Source: Dehalococcoidia bacterium (GTDB lineage: Bacteria > Chloroflexota > Dehalococcoidia > Bin125). From it: a stretch of DNA of 64,000 nucleotides. The position numbers and the translations under genes were made by a program. Below, in pieces: positions 60,025 through 64,000 of this stretch. The stretch lies in contig OY820591.1 in the NCBI GenBank assembly GCA_963555985.3, positions 1,024,001 through 1,088,000 on the forward strand. The letters are read 5' to 3'. Below the pieces are notes generated by a model, which saw only the letters and a list, made by a program, of their open reading frames with translations, had not been told where the DNA came from and searched no databases. Position 1 is the stretch's first letter. Every line of letters begins with the position of its first letter.

Positions 60025-60120
60025 CGTCATTGCCGAGCTTGGCTCGGCAATCTCGCTGCGTAGGGCAGCAACGTCTGTGCTCGACTCAGCGAGATACCCG
60101 CGACAAGCGCGGGTATGACG
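60025..60120. repeat. REP-like palindrome pair, family 1
   Basis: CGTCATTGCCGAGCTTGGCTCGGCAATCTCG ... CGAGATACCCGCGACAAGCGCGGGTATGACG. Confidence 0.85.
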
Positions 60121-60145
60121 AAGAGAGTTGAGAAAGGTTCACAAC

Positions 60146-60559
60146 ATGGCAAACCGACCACAACCGAGCTTCCCCGAGCCGGACACGCAGCATTTCTGGG
60201 ACGGCTGCAAGGCGGGCGAGCTGCGCTACCAGACCGACTCCGACGGCAATGTCGTCTTCTACCCGCGCGGACACTCGACCGTGACCGGCGACCGCGACTT
60301 GACCTGGAACGTCTCGTCGGGCCTGGGTACCGTCTACACCTACTCCGTCGTTCGCCAGAATCGGATGCCCGGCTTCCAGGAGCTGGGCGCGTACGCCGTG
60401 GCCTACATCGATCTTGACGAGGGTTTCCGCATGATGAGCACGGTCGTCGGCGTTGACGATCCGACCACGGATATCCACATCGGCCAGCGCGTCCAGGTCG
60501 AGTTCGAGGAGCAAGCGGGCGACGACGCCTACCCGATTCCGGTCTTCCGTCCGCTCTAG
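60146..60559 (+). CDS. DUF35/ChsH2-like OB-fold protein
   Basis: FWDG.K.GEL.YQ, SG.GTVYTYSVV, Y.VA.IDLDEG.RM, IGQRV.V.F, P.FRP; follows the thiolase-like gene. Confidence 0.88.
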   Translation: MANRPQPSFPEPDTQHFWDGCKAGELRYQTDSDGNVVFYPRGHSTVTGDRDLTWNVSSGLGTVYTYSVVRQNRMPGFQELGAYAVAYIDLDEGFRMMSTVVGVDDPTTDIHIGQRVQVEFEEQAGDDAYPIPVFRPL

Positions 60560-60643
60560 CGGCGGCTGTCCCCAACGAGGTTCTGTTATCTCGGACACAA
60601 GTTCGCGGGCGCGCTTATCGATTGACTCGATAAGATTGCTGAC

Positions 60644-61723
60644 ATGTCCATCCGCAACGAGTCCTCAAACAGCGTTGCGCAGTCGCTGATCGCTTGGCCG
60701 CTCGCGCGTCCGGCGGCGCAGCACCGCTCGGCTGCGCCTCTGGTGATCGAGGCGCACGGCCTGGTCAAGCACTTCGGCGAGATCAAGGCGGTGAACGGGA
60801 TTGACCTGCGCGTACGTCCGGGGCAGGTGTTTGGCTTTCTCGGACAGAACGGCAGCGGCAAGACCACGACTGTGCGCATGTTGACCACGCTGCTGCGTCC
60901 GACCGAGGGCTCGGCGCGAGTCGCGGGCTTTGACATCTACACGCAAGCCCAGCAGATTCGCCGCGTGATCGGCGTGGCGTTGCAGGAAGCGGGCCTCGAC
61001 ATCCTCCAGACCGGCCGCGAGCTGCTGCGACTGCAATCGCGCTTGTACAACGTGCCTCGCGGCCAGATCGAAGATCGAGTCGCCCATCTGCTTGATGTAG
61101 TCGACTTGAGTGAAGATGCCGACCGGCGGATCGGCGGCTACTCCGGGGGGATGCAGCGCCGGCTCGACTTGGCCTCTGCCCTGGTGCATTCACCCTCGAT
61201 CATCTTCCTCGACGAACCGACGACCGGACTCGATCCCGTCTCCCGCCAAAGCTTGTGGGAGTACATCCAGCGGCTGAATCGTGAGGACGGCGTGACTTTT
61301 TTCCTCACCACTCAGTATCTGGAGGAAGCGGATCAGCTCTGCGATGAGATCGCCATCCTCGACGCGGGAGAAGTGGTCCAGCAGGGGACTCCCGACCAGC
61401 TCAAGGCCACGGTCTCGGCAGATGTGATCTACGTGCAGGTGGAGGGAGACGAGCTCCAGCAACAGCGGGCGGTCGGCGCCCTGATTTCGTTGCCGAATGT
61501 CGAGGACGCGCGCTGGGACTTTGACGAGGGCGTCGCGATCTACACCAAGAGCGGACACGACACGCTGCCGCTGGTCGTGCGCACGCTTGACGATCAGGCA
61601 TTGCCGTTCAGCAACCTCCGACTCGCCCGCGCGACGCTCGATGACGTGTTCTTCAAGGCGACGGGGCACAGGATCGATCCGGGGGAGCCGGGCGCACAGA
61701 CCGCGCAAGGGGGTGGGTTGTGA
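60644..61723 (+). CDS. ABC exporter ATP-binding subunit (DrrA-like)
   Basis: [34 protein letters not shown]. Confidence 0.93.
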   Translation: MSIRNESSNSVAQSLIAWPLARPAAQHRSAAPLVIEAHGLVKHFGEIKAVNGIDLRVRPGQVFGFLGQNGSGKTTTVRMLTTLLRPTEGSARVAGFDIYTQAQQIRRVIGVALQEAGLDILQTGRELLRLQSRLYNVPRGQIEDRVAHLLDVVDLSEDADRRIGGYSGGMQRRLDLASALVHSPSIIFLDEPTTGLDPVSRQSLWEYIQRLNREDGVTFFLTTQYLEEADQLCDEIAILDAGEVVQQGTPDQLKATVSADVIYVQVEGDELQQQRAVGALISLPNVEDARWDFDEGVAIYTKSGHDTLPLVVRTLDDQALPFSNLRLARATLDDVFFKATGHRIDPGEPGAQTAQGGGL

Positions 61724-62610
61724 GTTCGGTCCAGGCCTCCGAGCCTCGAGCGCTATCGGCAGCGCAGGAGCCGGGCCCGCTTGGGGTGCTGCTGCACGCG
61801 CGCTATCTCGCCGGACGCGCCATTCGCGAGTCGCTGCGGCAGCCCGGGGTCGAGATCACCAACGTCTTTATCCCGTTGTTTTTCCTCGCCGTGTCAACAG
61901 GGGCGATCGCTGGTTTCTCCGAGCGCGGCTTCGGGGTGCAAAACTACCTCGCCTTCCAGTTGCCTGTGGCGGTCTTACAGGCCGTCGCGGGATCATCTTC
62001 CGCCTCCGGGATCGCGATCGTGCTCGACATGGAGCGCGGCTACTTCGACAAGCTGCTGCTCACGCCGGCCTCGCGTTGGTCGCTGATCATCGGCCGTGTC
62101 TGGGCCGACGCAGTGCGGGCGATCTTCTTCGCCTCGATCATGCTGATCGCCGCCCTGATCGCCGGTTCCGGTATGGCCTCCGGCGTGGTCGGGGTCGTTG
62201 TGATTCTGGTGATCGCGGGCTTGTTCGGCGGCGCCTACAGCGGGATCGGCATCTTCATTGCCATGCGCACCGGCAATGCCCAGGCGGCGCAGGCTGGTTT
62301 CCTCTTGTTCTTCCCTCTGCTCTTTATGGCGCCGGCCTTCGCGCCGCTGGCCGTCTTCGACGATTGGCTGCGCTGGATCGCGACCGTCAATCCTGTGACC
62401 TACATCATGGAGGGTATGCGCGGGTTGGTGATGGAAGGCTATGGCTGGCCGGTGACTGAAGGCGGTCAGATGGTGATCGGTCCCGATGGCAGACCGCTGA
62501 CCGAGGATCCGCCGGGGCTGCATTGGGCCTTCGTCTCGCTGGCCGGCTTCAGCGTTTTCACCCTGACCATCGCCTCGCTCGCCCTCCGCGCCCGCACCCG
62601 CGCCGACTGA
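61720..62610 (+). CDS. ABC-2 type permease
   Basis: 6 TM segments; D.ERGYFDKLLLTP, NPVTY..E.MR. Confidence 0.92.
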   Translation: MSSVQASEPRALSAAQEPGPLGVLLHARYLAGRAIRESLRQPGVEITNVFIPLFFLAVSTGAIAGFSERGFGVQNYLAFQLPVAVLQAVAGSSSASGIAIVLDMERGYFDKLLLTPASRWSLIIGRVWADAVRAIFFASIMLIAALIAGSGMASGVVGVVVILVIAGLFGGAYSGIGIFIAMRTGNAQAAQAGFLLFFPLLFMAPAFAPLAVFDDWLRWIATVNPVTYIMEGMRGLVMEGYGWPVTEGGQMVIGPDGRPLTEDPPGLHWAFVSLAGFSVFTLTIASLALRARTRAD

Positions 62611-62673
62611 GCGCTGCGTTGATACCATGACGCGCACGAGCGTTGGTATCGAGCAGACGGAGGGCGAGTCACG

Positions 62674-63396
62674 ATGTCGCAACGAGCCAAACTGTTGGGT
62701 GTCGCCGCAATCGGCGTCATTATCGGAGCGGCGGCGCTGGCCGTCGTCGCCGCGATGGGGCATGGATCCGAGGTTGAGATCCAGGCGCGGCGGCACGCCG
62801 ACGGGCGGGTCGAGGTGGCGCTCAAGGACAGCGACGGACAGCGTCATCTGCCGGAACAGCGATTCCTCGCGCCCGACGCGACCGAGGGAGTCTGGCACTC
62901 CAGCACGCCGCTAGAGATCGCCGACTCCGAGGCTGTAGATCCGGCCGCCGTGGGCGCCACCGCGACCGCGCGGATGCACGGCCCCGACGGGACCGAGATG
63001 GGCCAGGTCACGCTGATCCAGGGACCGCGCGGCGTCCTCATCCAGGCGCGGCTGAGCGGCGTGCCGGAGGGTTGGCATGGATTCCACATCCACGAAACGG
63101 GATCCTGCGAGCCGGACTTCTCGGCCGCCGGCGGCCATTACAACCCGATGGGCATCGGCCACGGCGTCCTGCATGAGGACGGGCATCACCCGGGCGACAC
63201 GGTCAACGTCTACGCCCACGCCGACGGCACGGCCAACGCCGACCAGTACACGGTCGATGCGACGCTGGGTTCGGGCGCGACCACACTGTTCGACGCCGAC
63301 GGCTCGGCGATCATCGTCCACGAGGGCCCGGACAGCTACGGCGCAGACCCCGGCGCGGGCGCGCGGATCGCCTGCGGCGTGATCACGCTGAACTGA
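62674..63396 (+). CDS. sodC: Secreted Cu/Zn superoxide dismutase with one N-terminal DGRxE module
   Basis: Signal/TM segment; HGFHIHE.G.C, GGHYNP, HG...H.GD, IIVH, RIACGVI. Confidence 0.92.
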   Translation: MSQRAKLLGVAAIGVIIGAAALAVVAAMGHGSEVEIQARRHADGRVEVALKDSDGQRHLPEQRFLAPDATEGVWHSSTPLEIADSEAVDPAAVGATATARMHGPDGTEMGQVTLIQGPRGVLIQARLSGVPEGWHGFHIHETGSCEPDFSAAGGHYNPMGIGHGVLHEDGHHPGDTVNVYAHADGTANADQYTVDATLGSGATTLFDADGSAIIVHEGPDSYGADPGAGARIACGVITLN

Positions 63397-63460
63397 ACCT
63401 CGGCTAAGATTGATCCGGCAACCATTGCGGCCTTCGCGCCGCGTCCATAAGGAGCATTCG

Positions 63461-63859
63461 ATGACCCTGACCGTCTCCGCCCACTGCGACCTGCCCTGCG
63501 GCGTCTACGACCCCGCTCAGGCCAAAATCGAGGCCATGTCCGTCCTCAAGTCGATGGAGAAGTACAACGACTCCGACGACCACGACTTCAAGGCCCGCTG
63601 CACGATCGTCAAGGAGCAGCGCGCCGAGGAGGTCAAGCACCACCTCTGGGTGCTGTGGACCGACTTCTTCAAGCCGCACCACCTGGAGGCCGACGCCTCG
63701 ATCCACGAGCTGATGTGGAACGCGACCAAGGTCGCGGGCGAGGCCAAGAAGACCAACGACGTGGCCAAGGGCCAGGAGCTGATCGACCTGATCGACCAGA
63801 TCAGCGAAAAGTTCTGGGCCACCGCCGAGGGTCCTGGGGCTGGCGTCTACGCACAGTAG
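63461..63859 (+). CDS. sodN: Nickel superoxide dismutase precursor
   Basis: AAGGAG upstream; 7-aa leader, then Ni-hook HCDLPCGVYDP; LWTDFFKP. Confidence 0.95.
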   Translation: MTLTVSAHCDLPCGVYDPAQAKIEAMSVLKSMEKYNDSDDHDFKARCTIVKEQRAEEVKHHLWVLWTDFFKPHHLEADASIHELMWNATKVAGEAKKTNDVAKGQELIDLIDQISEKFWATAEGPGAGVYAQ

Positions 63860-63880
63860 TTCCCTCGACAAGGGAGTCTG

Positions 63881-63905
63881 AGCGGCCCGTCAATGGCGGG
63901 TCGCT
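63881..63905 (+). terminator. GC-rich hairpin after sodN
   Basis: AGCGGCCCGTC-aat-GGCGGGTCGCT; weak U tail. Confidence 0.4.
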
Positions 63906-63949
63906 TGGCGTGTGCTGTGGCAAATCAGGGCGGGTGACGAGCTGGCCAC

Positions 63950-63977
63950 TTGACACGGACCGAGAGTCTGTTACTCT
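63950..63977 (+). promoter_or_regulatory. Sigma70-type promoter for a gene beyond the window
   Basis: TTGACA-N16-TACTCT. Confidence 0.5.
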
Positions 63978-64000
63978 TACACCGCGCCCGGGGCGAGACG

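Overview
GC-rich bacterial chromosome segment. Gene content and order (uvrA/polA/mutM, yebC-ruvC-ruvA, uvrB, ftsK-rnj-udg-tatC-tatB, rpmF-fabD-nusB-acpP) suggest Chloroflexota, probably Dehalococcoidia-like; this is an inference. The first 31 kb is mostly DNA-repair and housekeeping genes, ending in a C4 zinc-ribbon gene, a serine-recombinase homolog, rnhA and rnpB. From 31 to 56 kb, accessory secreted or surface proteins (two RCC1-repeat proteins, an M23 peptidase, a PPC/InlB/Vps62-like protein, a ~2900 aa SwmB-type repeat protein) lie among murE, birA, catabolic genes and a higBA pair. The end holds redox/catabolic genes, an ABC exporter and adjacent sodC and sodN. Main findings: (1) an unrecognised ~50-aa module (RIxARxxxDGRxEF...LPxxRYFP...WLxSSxIE) in 7 copies across 4 secreted proteins, a candidate cell-surface targeting system; (2) a large serine recombinase homolog lacking the catalytic residues, embedded in the zinc ribbon-rnhA-rnpB unit; (3) four related intergenic elements with ~10-bp-phased repeats, three preceded by promoter-like segments with LexA-like boxes; (4) a G25 tract that puts the M23 gene leader out of frame (possible phase variation); (5) REP-like palindromes inserted in frame in ftsK and murE; (6) a higBA+RCC1 islet bracketed by a duplicated metE-like 3' end. 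No tRNA, rRNA, CRISPR array or intact transposase was seen. All calls come from reading the sequence; no searches were run.
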